DNA of 64,000 nt from Bacteroidota bacterium (GTDB taxonomy: Bacteria; Bacteroidota; Bacteroidia; AKYH767-A; OLB10): positions 186,117 through 250,116 of the forward strand of contig JADJOH010000008.1 in NCBI GenBank assembly GCA_016713925.1, written 5' to 3'. The translations under genes were made by a program, and so were the position numbers. This document shows, one piece after another, positions 19,233-28,502 of the stretch (its first letter is position 1; each line of letters starts with the position of its first letter). The notes beneath the pieces were generated by a model that did no database searches, was not told the DNA's origin, and saw only the letters and a program-made list of their open reading frames with translations.

Positions 19233-20686
19233 CTACTGTTTGGACACATCTTTAAGTGTAATTTGAAGCCAATTTCCATCCTTCATAAATATTCTCAAAT
19301 TTTTCTACGCCTTTTAGTAATATAATTGGGCCTGGTGGTCTTTGATTTGGATTTCCTTTCCAACCACCCAATCTTCCTATTATCCATGATGCCCATGCTA
19401 GTACTTTAGGAGAATATGGGTTTGTTGTGGCTTCAGTTACTTTTAATTTTTGCTCGATTTTTTCCAAGCATTCTATTTCTTTCTCGTCGAAGACGTTTGT
19501 TATGGGCTGGCTTTTTCCACTCCATATGCAAGGTAGAGTTGCATCACTTTTAGTGCAGATGCCAACACCAACAGATAGAGTTTTCTAATACCCCATCCAT
19601 TTTTAAGTTGGGTTTGCTCTATTTTAAATCCTTGCTTCTTAGTCAATCGAAACAACTGTTCAATATACCATCTTTGTTTATAACGTTCAATGATTTTCTC
19701 TGCATCTTCACCTGTTCGTACTTCAATTGTAGTGAGAATTCGCCAGTGTATCGGATCCTTTATTTTTACATTACTTTTTTCCTGAACATTTACTACAAAT
19801 AACTCTTTTGACTTTGGTAATTCCTTGTTAATATATTTCCCATGTGGTCGTTCTAACTCTACTTTGCATACTTTAATTTCGGCTTGTGCTATCCTTGCAA
19901 TCTTTTGTTTTCTTAAATCTTTAATTATCGGAATGGATAATTGACCGAGCGACTTTGACTTTTTAATGGTTTCATCCATTGAACTTCCATCTGCAAGTTT
20001 CCTGTCACTTCTGCTTCTAATTATTAAATCAGTCCGGTCATCCGGCACAGTGCAAAACTGATCATAAATGTCACCTTCACGATCTTCTATTATCGTGATT
20101 GTTGCTGCTTCTGATAATATAGCTTTTGAGCTTTCACTCGCTTTTATCCACTTATAGGACTCCTTTTCTTCAATGGGTTGTTGCTTATAAATCCGTGTTG
20201 TATTGTTTGACTTATCTTCTTTTCGATGCCATAATTGTACATCGGAATAGCCCAACAAATCTTCAGTTTGGGCATCAAGTACCAAGCTAATATGAGTTAA
20301 AAAGCCTAACCCCATTTTGTTGCCAACTAATCCTAAACCGCTATCTTCTTCTATGCTTTCCTTTAGATGCCCTAAACCATAAGAACTACTATCTTGAATT
20401 ACTAATACATCTTTTCCTTGAACATTTCTTTTACATCGTTTCGTTAGAGAACTGATGAGCTCTGCCTCACTAACGTTTTCATTATCCAAAAACCTGTAAA
20501 ACCCTTTTTGATCAGCTTCAGTTAACGTGCTACCGTGAACAGAACTTGTTCGAGAAATTACTAAGGCTGAAACAACCTTTCTTGCCCTGTCTTCTAACCT
20601 TTTATCGCTCAGTTCGCCTTCGAAATCAATTATATAATTTGGTTTCTTCATAAGGCTAATTTAATACATTTGTGTCCAAACAGTAG
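19233..20686 (-). mobile_element. IS4-family insertion sequence (Tn5/IS50-like transposase), 1454 bp
   Basis: Perfect 16-bp TIRs CTACTGTTTGGACACA (19233-19248) and TGTGTCCAAACAGTAG (20671-20686); 10-bp TSD CTGTCGGCAG at 19223-19232 and 20687-20696. Confidence 0.95.
19252..20651 (-). CDS. IS4-family DDE transposase (one frameshift near 19520)
   Basis: 'IQDSS', 'EDREGDIY', Y-R-E-K motif (YKQRWYIEQLFRLTK) and Tn5-like dimerisation tail 'WIIGRLGGW...PPG'. Adding one A to the GAAAAAGCC run restores a single ORF. Confidence 0.9.
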
Positions 20687-20846
20687 CTGTCGGCAGACAG
20701 GTTTAAACAGAAGATTTAATTATCAGAATATTCATTTATTCAAAACTAAGATTATTTATAGTCGAAAAATAAAGTTGAATTTCCGGGAAAAACTGATTGT
20801 ATTCATCTTCAAAAGCTGAGTATTGTTTTCTGCCCTCTTTGCAACC

Positions 20847-20920
20847 CTTGGACTTCGAAGCTTTAGCGAAGTAGTCTCCATATTACCCTTTGGACATCGA
20901 AGCTTTAGCGTAGGTGGGTT
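20847..20920. repeat. two REP-like CGAAGCTTTAGCG units
   Basis: ggacttcgaagctttagcgaagtagtc and ggacatcgaagctttagcgtaggtggg; similar in reverse complement to units at ~7578 and ~7750. Confidence 0.65.
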
Positions 20921-21137
20921 AAAAGCCGTAAATATTTTGTTCTTGTCAATCTAAATCCATAAGTAAATTGAAATTGATAACACTGCACTAAAGGTAAAAG
21001 TCAGGAAATAAAAATGTATTCATCTTTTATTACAGGTTTTTAAATGTCGTTGCCGGAGCAATCCGTTGACCAGATACCATGAAGAGTCTGCCAATAGATG
21101 CTCTGGATTTCGTACATTCATTCGGGCTTGAAAAAGC

Positions 21138-21171
21138 ACCACCCCTTACAAATGATGTTGCAAGGGGTGGT
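21138..21171 (-). terminator. rho-independent terminator
   Basis: accacccctt...aaggggtggt stem with an A-tract on + (U-tract on -), just after the 21199 stop. Confidence 0.65.
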
Positions 21172-21198
21172 AAGAGGTGTTTGTGGTGTATCCGGAAT

Positions 21199-22959
21199 CT
21201 ACTCGATAACGACCAGCTTTCTGGAAGTGGTGCTTCTGCCATCATTCACTTTGAGAATATAGATGGCCGGTGAAAGCATGGAAATGTTGATTTGATTGGG
21301 TGTTCCGGGATCGGTTGCATTTAATGTAAAAGCTTTCATGAGTTGGCCGGAGAGATCAAAGATGCTGATGTTATATTCGCCTTTTTCTTCAAAGGTGAGA
21401 TAAACTTCCTTATTTGCCGGGTTGGGGTAGACATCAAAATTATTTTCCGGTTTGGTGGTTTCTTTCTCACTAATGCGGGGTGTACAAGGGCCGGTGATGA
21501 AAGTGGTTAGACTGGAGAAGGGAGAAGTTACATCCACGCCGGTCGTATCACAAACCGTGCGCACCTGCCAGATATAAGCGGTATTGCATGTCAGATTATT
21601 GATAGTAGTTTTTTTGTTCGTGGAATTCACGAAACGCTTTCTCCAATTGATGGCGGTGGTTTTTTTATACCATACTTCATATTGATCTGCTCCGGGTACA
21701 AAGTTCCATTGGAGTACTGCATTCGTAGAAGTGATATTGATGGTGCTGTTTCCGCCAGGACTCACACAGGGTGCAGGTTGATTGATTCTGGCAGTAGCGC
21801 CTCCTACAACATAAACATTGTAATCACTGCCCAATGCAAAAGCGGAGGAGTTGCTGCCGGCGGTGACGATGCTCCATGCTGAACTCCCGTTACTATTGAC
21901 TTTACAAACGGCCATGCCTGTCAATACACCGGCTGCAAGGTAAGCGTTATTGTAACTATCCATCATCATCTGAGCATGGAGGAGAAAATTATAGGTGCTG
22001 TCGGCATTTGGATTTGCCCAAAGTATTGCACCGCTGCTATCCGTTTTGAGAAAGGAGGATCCTCCACTCCCTGTATTCGGGAAACCACAGGCAACAGGAG
22101 AATTGTCACTACCCACTTCAACACGGAAAGCAGTAAGCGGATAGTTGGATAACCAAATTTGTCCACCGGCAGGATTTAGTTTTCGCAATGCTGTTGAATT
22201 TGCAACGGTAGTACTCGCTGAAACCACATAAGTATTTCCGAAAGCATCGCCTGCGGCATCACCAACAGTAAGACTGTTTACACCTGCCAAACTCCATTTA
22301 TGATTTCCGGATTTTGAAATCTTTGAATAGCCATTGATGTTTCCTGTGATTCCACGGCAAATAATCAGGATATTGTTATCAGGGGTAAATTTAAAATTTA
22401 GGGGAGCTCCAATACCGGCTGAATCCAGATAGGTCCAAAGGGTACTACCGGTGGGAGAGAATTTCTTGACTTTGGTTCGCTGGCCTGCAGCACCAATTCC
22501 AATACCCAGGACATAGATATTGCCTGAACCATCAATCAAACATTTCTTAGTGTACGATCCATCAAAACTATTTTCATATACATTTCTCCAGAGTAAAGTT
22601 CCTGCGGTATTAAATTTCATTACAATACTGGCAGCATTCACGGGATTGGAATAACCGGAGCGTGATGTTCCGGTAACGATAATATTTCCCTGTGGATCTA
22701 CGGCCACCCATGTCGCTACTTCGTGACGGGTATTGTCGAGGTTGTCAAATTTGGCATCCCATTTAAAATTCCCATTGGCATCACGTTTCGTTAATGTAAT
22801 GTCGCCGGCAGGATTATAATCCCAGTCAACGGTGAATACATTGTTGTATTTGTCGAGAGCAATACTCACCCCTCTGGTAGGTTCATTCCAATCCACTGCA
22901 GCTTGTGATTGTGCAAACAATGGACTCATCAGGATCAGGAGACTTAAGAATAGTTTCAT
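21199..22959 (-). CDS. T9SS protein: beta-propeller (SBBP-like) + FN3 + CTD
   Basis: Likely start MKLFLSLL; repeats 'AVDPQGNIIVTG', 'DGSGNIYVLG' and 'DAFGNTYV'; FN3 'LQWN...YEVWY...Y.WQVR'; CTD 'VYPNPAN...IFDLSGQ...IYILKV'. Confidence 0.9.
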   Translation of the reverse strand: MKLFLSLLILMSPLFAQSQAAVDWNEPTRGVSIALDKYNNVFTVDWDYNPAGDITLTKRDANGNFKWDAKFDNLDNTRHEVATWVAVDPQGNIIVTGTSRSGYSNPVNAASIVMKFNTAGTLLWRNVYENSFDGSYTKKCLIDGSGNIYVLGIGIGAAGQRTKVKKFSPTGSTLWTYLDSAGIGAPLNFKFTPDNNILIICRGITGNINGYSKISKSGNHKWSLAGVNSLTVGDAAGDAFGNTYVVSASTTVANSTALRKLNPAGGQIWLSNYPLTAFRVEVGSDNSPVACGFPNTGSGGSSFLKTDSSGAILWANPNADSTYNFLLHAQMMMDSYNNAYLAAGVLTGMAVCKVNSNGSSAWSIVTAGSNSSAFALGSDYNVYVVGGATARINQPAPCVSPGGNSTINITSTNAVLQWNFVPGADQYEVWYKKTTAINWRKRFVNSTNKKTTINNLTCNTAYIWQVRTVCDTTGVDVTSPFSSLTTFITGPCTPRISEKETTKPENNFDVYPNPANKEVYLTFEEKGEYNISIFDLSGQLMKAFTLNATDPGTPNQINISMLSPAIYILKVNDGRSTTSRKLVVIE

Positions 22960-23194
22960 TTGACGGTTATTGGTTAATAATTTCCCGCAAGATACTTGTT
23001 GAAACATATTCCGGTCAATGATTCAAAGCTGAATAGGGGTGATAAATATCAGATCGGGTGAAAATACCATCTGAACGGATTATATAAAGGCAATAGTAGC
23101 CCTGTTTTTCCAATATTTATTACAACTGCACAAGTATGCAAGAAGGATATGAACTAAAAGGCCCGGTATTTTTTATAAAAGCATGCAATCAAAA

Positions 23195-23623
23195 TTAGCA
23201 GGCAATCTTATCCACGCGTTTTTTATGCCTGCCGCCTTCAAATGCCGTAGCTAAAAAAACAGCTACCATTTCCCTGGCGACATCTTCAGAAACAAATCTT
23301 GCTGGAATACAGAGGATATTGGCATCATTATGCTGACGGGCCAGTGTTGCAATTTCAGGTGTCCAGCAAAGTGCAGCCCGGATGCCTGCATGCTTATTGG
23401 CAGTCATACAAACGCCATTCGCACTACCACAAAGTAAAATCCCCTTGCCATTTTCTTCTGCTTCTACGGCCGATGCCACTGCATGCGCGTAGTCGGGATA
23501 GTCTGTACTTTCAGCGTTGTACGTTCCATAGTCGTGGAAGCTGTGGCCAAGGGTGGAAAGGTAGGTTTTTACTATTTCTTTCATTTCGAAGCCGGCGTGG
23601 TCGGAGGCGATATTAATCTTCAT
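23195..23623 (-). CDS. rpiB: ribose-5-phosphate isomerase B
   Basis: 'IASDHAG', 'DYPD', 'GILLCGSANG', 'HNDANIL', 'FEGGRH..RV'. Confidence 0.97.
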   Translation of the reverse strand: MKINIASDHAGFEMKEIVKTYLSTLGHSFHDYGTYNAESTDYPDYAHAVASAVEAEENGKGILLCGSANGVCMTANKHAGIRAALCWTPEIATLARQHNDANILCIPARFVSEDVAREMVAVFLATAFEGGRHKKRVDKIAC

Positions 23624-23627
23624 AGGT

Positions 23628-23718
23628 TACGAATATACGAATGTCCCATGAAGTGTGATTAGAAAGATGAGCCTTCTCATCTTTCTAATCTCTACTTCAT
23701 GGGTACGAATATACGAAT
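23628..23718. repeat. 59-bp hairpin flanked by TACGAATATACGAAT direct repeats
   Basis: cccatgaagt..gattagaaagatgag / ctcatctttctaatc..acttcatggg (23645-23703); flanks at 23628-23642 and 23704-23718. Confidence 0.85.
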
Positions 23719-23737
23719 TGCGAATTGCACGAATACC

Positions 23738-23890
23738 CGAATAATACGGAAGTACGAATAATACGGAAGTACGAATAATACGGAAGTACGAATAATACGG
23801 AAGTACGAATAATACGGAAGTACGAATAATACGGAAGTACGAATAACCCGAAATTACGAATAATACGGAAGTGCGAATAATACGGAAGTA
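23738..23890. repeat. 17-bp tandem repeat (CGAATAATACGGAAGTA) x9
   Basis: Copies 1-6 and 9 are exact, copies 7-8 are variants, degenerate units follow; no spacers. Confidence 0.95.
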
Positions 23891-24002
23891 CGAATCGTAC
23901 GAATATTACTGAAGTACGAATTGTGAGTAGAGTGAATGATTGTGGATATGGGAGGCGAGCCTTTGTGCGGGTTGTTAGATAGAAATAAAACGGGTTAATA
24001 AA

Positions 24003-24614
24003 TTATGGCTTTGCATAGGGGAGCCTTTTGAGGAAATCGGTTTTGTAATAGGCATCAATACCTAGTGAACAAATACTTCCCGCCTGTGTGAGATGGAGGA
24101 AACCATCTTCTTCCATTATTTCGGGAGGAAAGAGGAGATGTTGAATGGACCCGATTATTAAGAAAGTACTGTTGTGTTTGATGGGGATGATTTCCACTAA
24201 CCCGAGACTATATTTTACTTTGCTTTCTTTCACAAAGGGCGCGGTAATTTCCGGTAAGAATTGGGGAGTGAGACCTACGGCATCAAATTCACTGATATCC
24301 TGAGCATATTTCGCACTGGTTTGGTGTGCTTTTTCTATGATGTCTTCCTGGATATGGTTGATGGTGTAGCTGCCTGTAGCTTCAATATTCGCCAGGGTAT
24401 GAGGAGCTGCTTCTCTTGGACGATTTATAAAACCGACTAGTGCAGGATCCGCTCCCAAATGAATGATATTACTGAAAATGGCGAGGTTGGTATTTCCGTT
24501 TTTATCACAGGTTGCAATTAAACTTGCAGGCTTAAAACCACTGATGGAGTTGATCAGGTTGGCACGGTTAAATCGTGAAAAATTATTGAGGTCCTTTAGG
24601 GTTATAGTATGCAT
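24003..24614 (-). CDS. flavin reductase-like (DIM6/NTAB family) protein
   Basis: 'NLINSISGFKPASLIAT', 'NLAIFS..HLGADP', 'HTLANIEATGSYTIN'. Confidence 0.85.
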   Translation of the reverse strand: MHTITLKDLNNFSRFNRANLINSISGFKPASLIATCDKNGNTNLAIFSNIIHLGADPALVGFINRPREAAPHTLANIEATGSYTINHIQEDIIEKAHQTSAKYAQDISEFDAVGLTPQFLPEITAPFVKESKVKYSLGLVEIIPIKHNSTFLIIGSIQHLLFPPEIMEEDGFLHLTQAGSICSLGIDAYYKTDFLKRLPYAKP

Positions 24615-24662
24615 TCCGAAATGCTGAAACACTTAGATGACGGAATTGTTTCAGTGATAAGA

Positions 24663-25121
24663 TTAATTATGATTACTATAGAATCCTGCATCAGTTGTAG
24701 ACCCTACGTTCCCCGGCAACTTGATTAATTCAACATAGGGATGCCCTTCTCCTAAATGAGTTAGAATATACCGGTAGGCATTATTTGCTAACTCCGGTGG
24801 AAAACCGGTTACAACGCGAAGTTCAACGTGCGTCGTATTATCTTCTTCAGTTTCGATGAAGGCATATACCGCTTCGTAACCTGCAGGCAATTGAAATTCA
24901 CTGAAGAAATTTTTTAATCCAACAAACTTCTCCCATTGAGCATCATTGGCATGAATGAAATTCTGATTATCACTGTTTTTTACTAACATAAAATGGCATG
25001 TCGCTATAGGATAATAGCAATTTTTAATTAAATTAAAGTAGTTCTTTTTCATCTCCGCTGTGTTCGGAGATTTGGATCCTTCCACACCAAAGGTATTAAA
25101 AATTGTATAGACAACAAACAA
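24663..25121 (-). CDS. hypothetical protein
   Basis: ORF with no recognised motif; start may be 25052. Confidence 0.45.
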   Translation of the reverse strand: MFVVYTIFNTFGVEGSKSPNTAEMKKNYFNLIKNCYYPIATCHFMLVKNSDNQNFIHANDAQWEKFVGLKNFFSEFQLPAGYEAVYAFIETEEDNTTHVELRVVTGFPPELANNAYRYILTHLGEGHPYVELIKLPGNVGSTTDAGFYSNHN

Positions 25122-25277
25122 AGTGTCATAAAAGCAAATTTATTTTATAACTGAATATAAGACACTTGCAAAAGTCTCTGTGTCTTTTCCATTCCGAAGC
25201 CGAACGAAGACGATTAATCAGAATTGGTGAATGGTGATGGCGTTTACAGGTTAATGATGCATGAAACAAGTAATCGA

Positions 25278-26713
25278 CTACTCTACTAGAAATTTAGCAG
25301 AAGAAAATTTATTGCCATTTTTTAGTTCAAGTATGTAGTATCCTTTTTGAAGACCACTAACGTCGATGGGGATACGAAGAACTGCAGACCATGATTTATT
25401 GTCTGTATAAACTGCTTTGCCGGTCATATCCCGAACAATAATCTGTACATCTTCCTTAACAGCTGATTTAATATCTGCATATACAAAATCAGTTGCAGGG
25501 TTCGGATAAATCGCAGTAATCATATCAGTTAATTCAAGATGTTGAATACCGGTTGCAGTGCCTGTAAGAAAGGTGAATTTCGTAGAATAATATCCGGCAA
25601 TAGACCCGGTATAGCTTCTGACTCTCCAGTAGTAACGGGTGTTCGCATTCAATGCAGGAATTTGCTGTGAAGTATTCGTTAACCCACTCTGGTTATAGAC
25701 AATACTGGGAAGAATAAAGGTAGAGGCGGTGGCTACCTGCAGTTGATAATTGTCGGCACCGGGGACAGCCTGCCATTCAAAGACGGGATTGATAAATACA
25801 TTAACAGAAGAATCAGGAGGGGAGGTTAATGTGGCTGCTCCTGCAACAGTAGTAAATTTCCAGTAAGGGGAGTATACACTTTCATGTCCTCCATTATTTG
25901 ATTTTACTCTCCAGTAATAAGTGGAAGAGCCGGGTAATGCACTCGCTGTACTGGAATTGGTGCCGGATGTTCTGGATAATACAATATTCGTGAAAAGTGA
26001 ATCCGTTGCAAATTCGGCGGTGTAGAGAACAGCATCGGCCACCGTGGTCCAGCTAAAAGATTGAGTGTTGGAGATGTTCACAGAATTGTCAGCCGGCGCT
26101 GTTAAGTTAACCGGGTCCGGTATCGTATCATTCACCCCTGTAGAAGTGATGAACATGGAAATTTTTGCAGCGGCACATCATTCACATCCCTCGGCGAAAG
26201 TACAATGGTATCCACCACTGACATGCCGTTGGTCACCTTGCCGTAAACGGTATAATTTCCATCTAAGAAGGTTGAAGAAGCCACACAAATATAGAATTGC
26301 GAGGTGGCGCTATTGGGGTCCGTGTCACGCGCAGCTCCGAGGATTCCGCGCAGATGACGTACCGCGTTGAATTCGGCAGGAACAGTAGGTTGCCACGGTT
26401 GGCCCTGTCCCCAGGTGCTGATAGGCCCACTAATAGAGTTGGGGTCACCTCCCTGAATGACGAAACCGGGAACTACACGATGAAAGGCAGTACTGTCGAA
26501 AAAATTAACACCCGCCAGACTATCAAAATTCGCTACATGCAGTGGCGCAATCAGCGGGAAGAGTTCAATATGGAAGCTGCCTAAAAAGGTGGTGTCGCGG
26601 TAGGTATCAATCCGGTAAACAGGCTTGTCAATGCCGGTTTGAGTGAAGGCAGGTTTTGAAAGTGTAGAGAGAAATAGAATCGCGAGAATGCATTTTAGGT
26701 AATTCATGTGCAA
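25278..26713 (-). CDS. cyclophilin-type peptidyl-prolyl isomerase + 2 FN3-like domains + T9SS CTD (frameshift near 26165)
   Basis: 'FHRVVPGFVIQGGDP', 'GAARDTDPNSATSQFYI'. CAAAAA-TTTCC gives LQKISMFITS with one extra A. 'TYYWRV' FN3 repeats; CTD 'IYPNPAT...DMTGK...GYYILEL'. Confidence 0.88.
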
Positions 26714-26850
26714 GTAATATTTGTATCAAATATATACTTTTATTGGATAGGATGGGTATGAAAAGACCCTTCTGGCGTTCCTTTGTAGTAAAAACCATAC
26801 GACTTTGTGAATGATTTCTTAAGTTGAAGCAAGTATTTGTTGTAAGATGT

Positions 26851-27387
26851 TTATTCTGCCGTCAAAGTACCGTCTCCTTCTTTTTTGATAGAAATTAACT
26901 TTATTAAATAAGGTTTTAATTTATATTCGTTTTCGAATAGTTGAAACTCAAAAGTCAGTTTGGGGTAGTGGATTTTTTGTTTCGAAATACCTTTTTCGAA
27001 ATTATCCATAATTGAAACCGGGAATAAATGATCATAACCGGAATAACTTGCTTTTGCCAAATGTATAAGCGTGTCGGGATATAACTGCAATATTTTTGAG
27101 GCTAAATCTAATTGTTGGGTCATTGGTTTCCCATTAAAGTTAACGTTCGTAGGGGCTTCCGCATATCTTATATGTGCGATAGGTGTTTTATTCTTTATTT
27201 TAGTTATTTTCTTATGGACAGTATCTTGAGATATTTTTTGGTAGGTTATTGCAGTGTCTGCAGACACCGCTTGATTTACTATTTTTATACTAGTATCAGA
27301 TGTATTAAAAGCAGTTTCATTCACTTTGTCCGGTGTTTGTGCACAAGAGTAAATTAGAAGTAAGGTTGCGATGCAGAGTATTCTCAT
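26851..27387 (-). CDS. hypothetical lipoprotein
   Basis: MRILCIATLLLIYS-C lipobox. Confidence 0.65.
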   Translation of the reverse strand: MRILCIATLLLIYSCAQTPDKVNETAFNTSDTSIKIVNQAVSADTAITYQKISQDTVHKKITKIKNKTPIAHIRYAEAPTNVNFNGKPMTQQLDLASKILQLYPDTLIHLAKASYSGYDHLFPVSIMDNFEKGISKQKIHYPKLTFEFQLFENEYKLKPYLIKLISIKKEGDGTLTAE

Positions 27388-27450
27388 ATGTATTTTGTTC
27401 TCAAATTCTTTGCAAAAGAAATCAGATCGAGACAAAGTGATGTTTCACTT

Positions 27451-28306
27451 TCACTTCTCTTTACTTTTCTCTTTCTGAAAATCAGCCCAGCTTTTCTTTT
27501 TATAAATATCGTCTCCGTAAAAGGTGAGGATATCTGCTAAAACAGTTGCGGTAACAAAGAAAGGTATAGCATCAATTAAAACGCCTTGCTCGTCTAACAA
27601 GGTGACGGTTGGGAGTATAAAGTTGTTCTTCGTAAATTCGAGAGTGAGAGGGTGAAAAGGGAATTTATCATCCGGTAGTTTTTGATAGAGTTTGTTGTTC
27701 CAATATAGAGGTTTTGTATTTTCAGGATTGAAATCAATCAGGGTGAATTTCTCCAGAACTTTTGTAAGTACGGTATCGGTGAACACGGCCCGCTCCATCA
27801 CTCTGCAGGAATTGCACCAGCCGGTATGCAGGAATACCAATGACTTTTTTGGTGTTTTAAAATTACCATCAAAGACGGCTTCCGGTTGCATCCATTTTAA
27901 TTTTAAAATTTTATCGTTGACTGGTGGGATACATCAGTTTTCCCTGTAGTAATTTTATGGCCAGGGGATGCGCAGTTTTGGGTTTGGGTGAAGAAGGTAC
28001 AAAGGTTTCACCTTCAAATGTAATCGTGTCCTTCCCCTCCGCATCAAATTTAACAGGATAGTAATTCTGATTGATGTATGCAGATAGCCCCTGATCGGCA
28101 TATGTCGTAGCCATCATGCGCTTGCACCAACCACACCAATCAGTGTAAAAATCGAGCAAAATGGGCTTCGGTTGCTGCTTCACCGCTTCCACAGCTTCCT
28201 GCAAACTCATCCATTTTACCAGACTCCCATCCTTGTTCTGTGCGAAAGATGGTGAGCCCATTAAGAGGGACAATATTAAGAGAAGGATTTTTCGGTAAGG
28301 GGTCAT
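27451..28306 (-). pseudogene. tandem thioredoxin-fold (DUF255-like) protein, broken near 27922
   Basis: WCGWC in domain 1 and WCNSC in domain 2; domain 1 stops right after 'LMYPT' with a frame change. Confidence 0.7.
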
Positions 28307-28444
28307 TCTTTGTCTGATTTCTGAAACAAAGATATAAACAAGCTTCGCTTTTGGAAAATCAAAGTTTTGTTCTTTCTGACAGGAAGTTAAACCCTTCACC
28401 TTTAAATTTTCTTAAATCCGGTTCAGAAGCCAGTTGGTATAAAA

Positions 28445-28482
28445 AAAATCTCATCCACCCGCGAAGGAGTGAATGAGATTTT
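28445..28482 (-). terminator. rho-independent terminator
   Basis: aaaatctcat...atgagatttt stem with an adjacent A-tract on +. Confidence 0.6.
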
Positions 28483-28502
28483 CCCAATTGTTCTTGTCTG
28501 AA

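Noticed and set aside
19500-19530. Programmed -1 frameshift in the IS4 transposase
   Set aside because: IS4-family transposases are normally single-ORF, the site is near the C-terminus, and it matches the window-wide homopolymer-indel pattern.
21030-21273. ORFs 21030-21245 (-) and 21079-21273 (+)
   Set aside because: Both span a terminator hairpin and overlap the 21199 gene end; only the short duplicated element is retained as a finding.
23738-23890. Possible CRISPR array
   Set aside because: The 17-bp units are head-to-tail with no unique spacers, and no cas genes are present.
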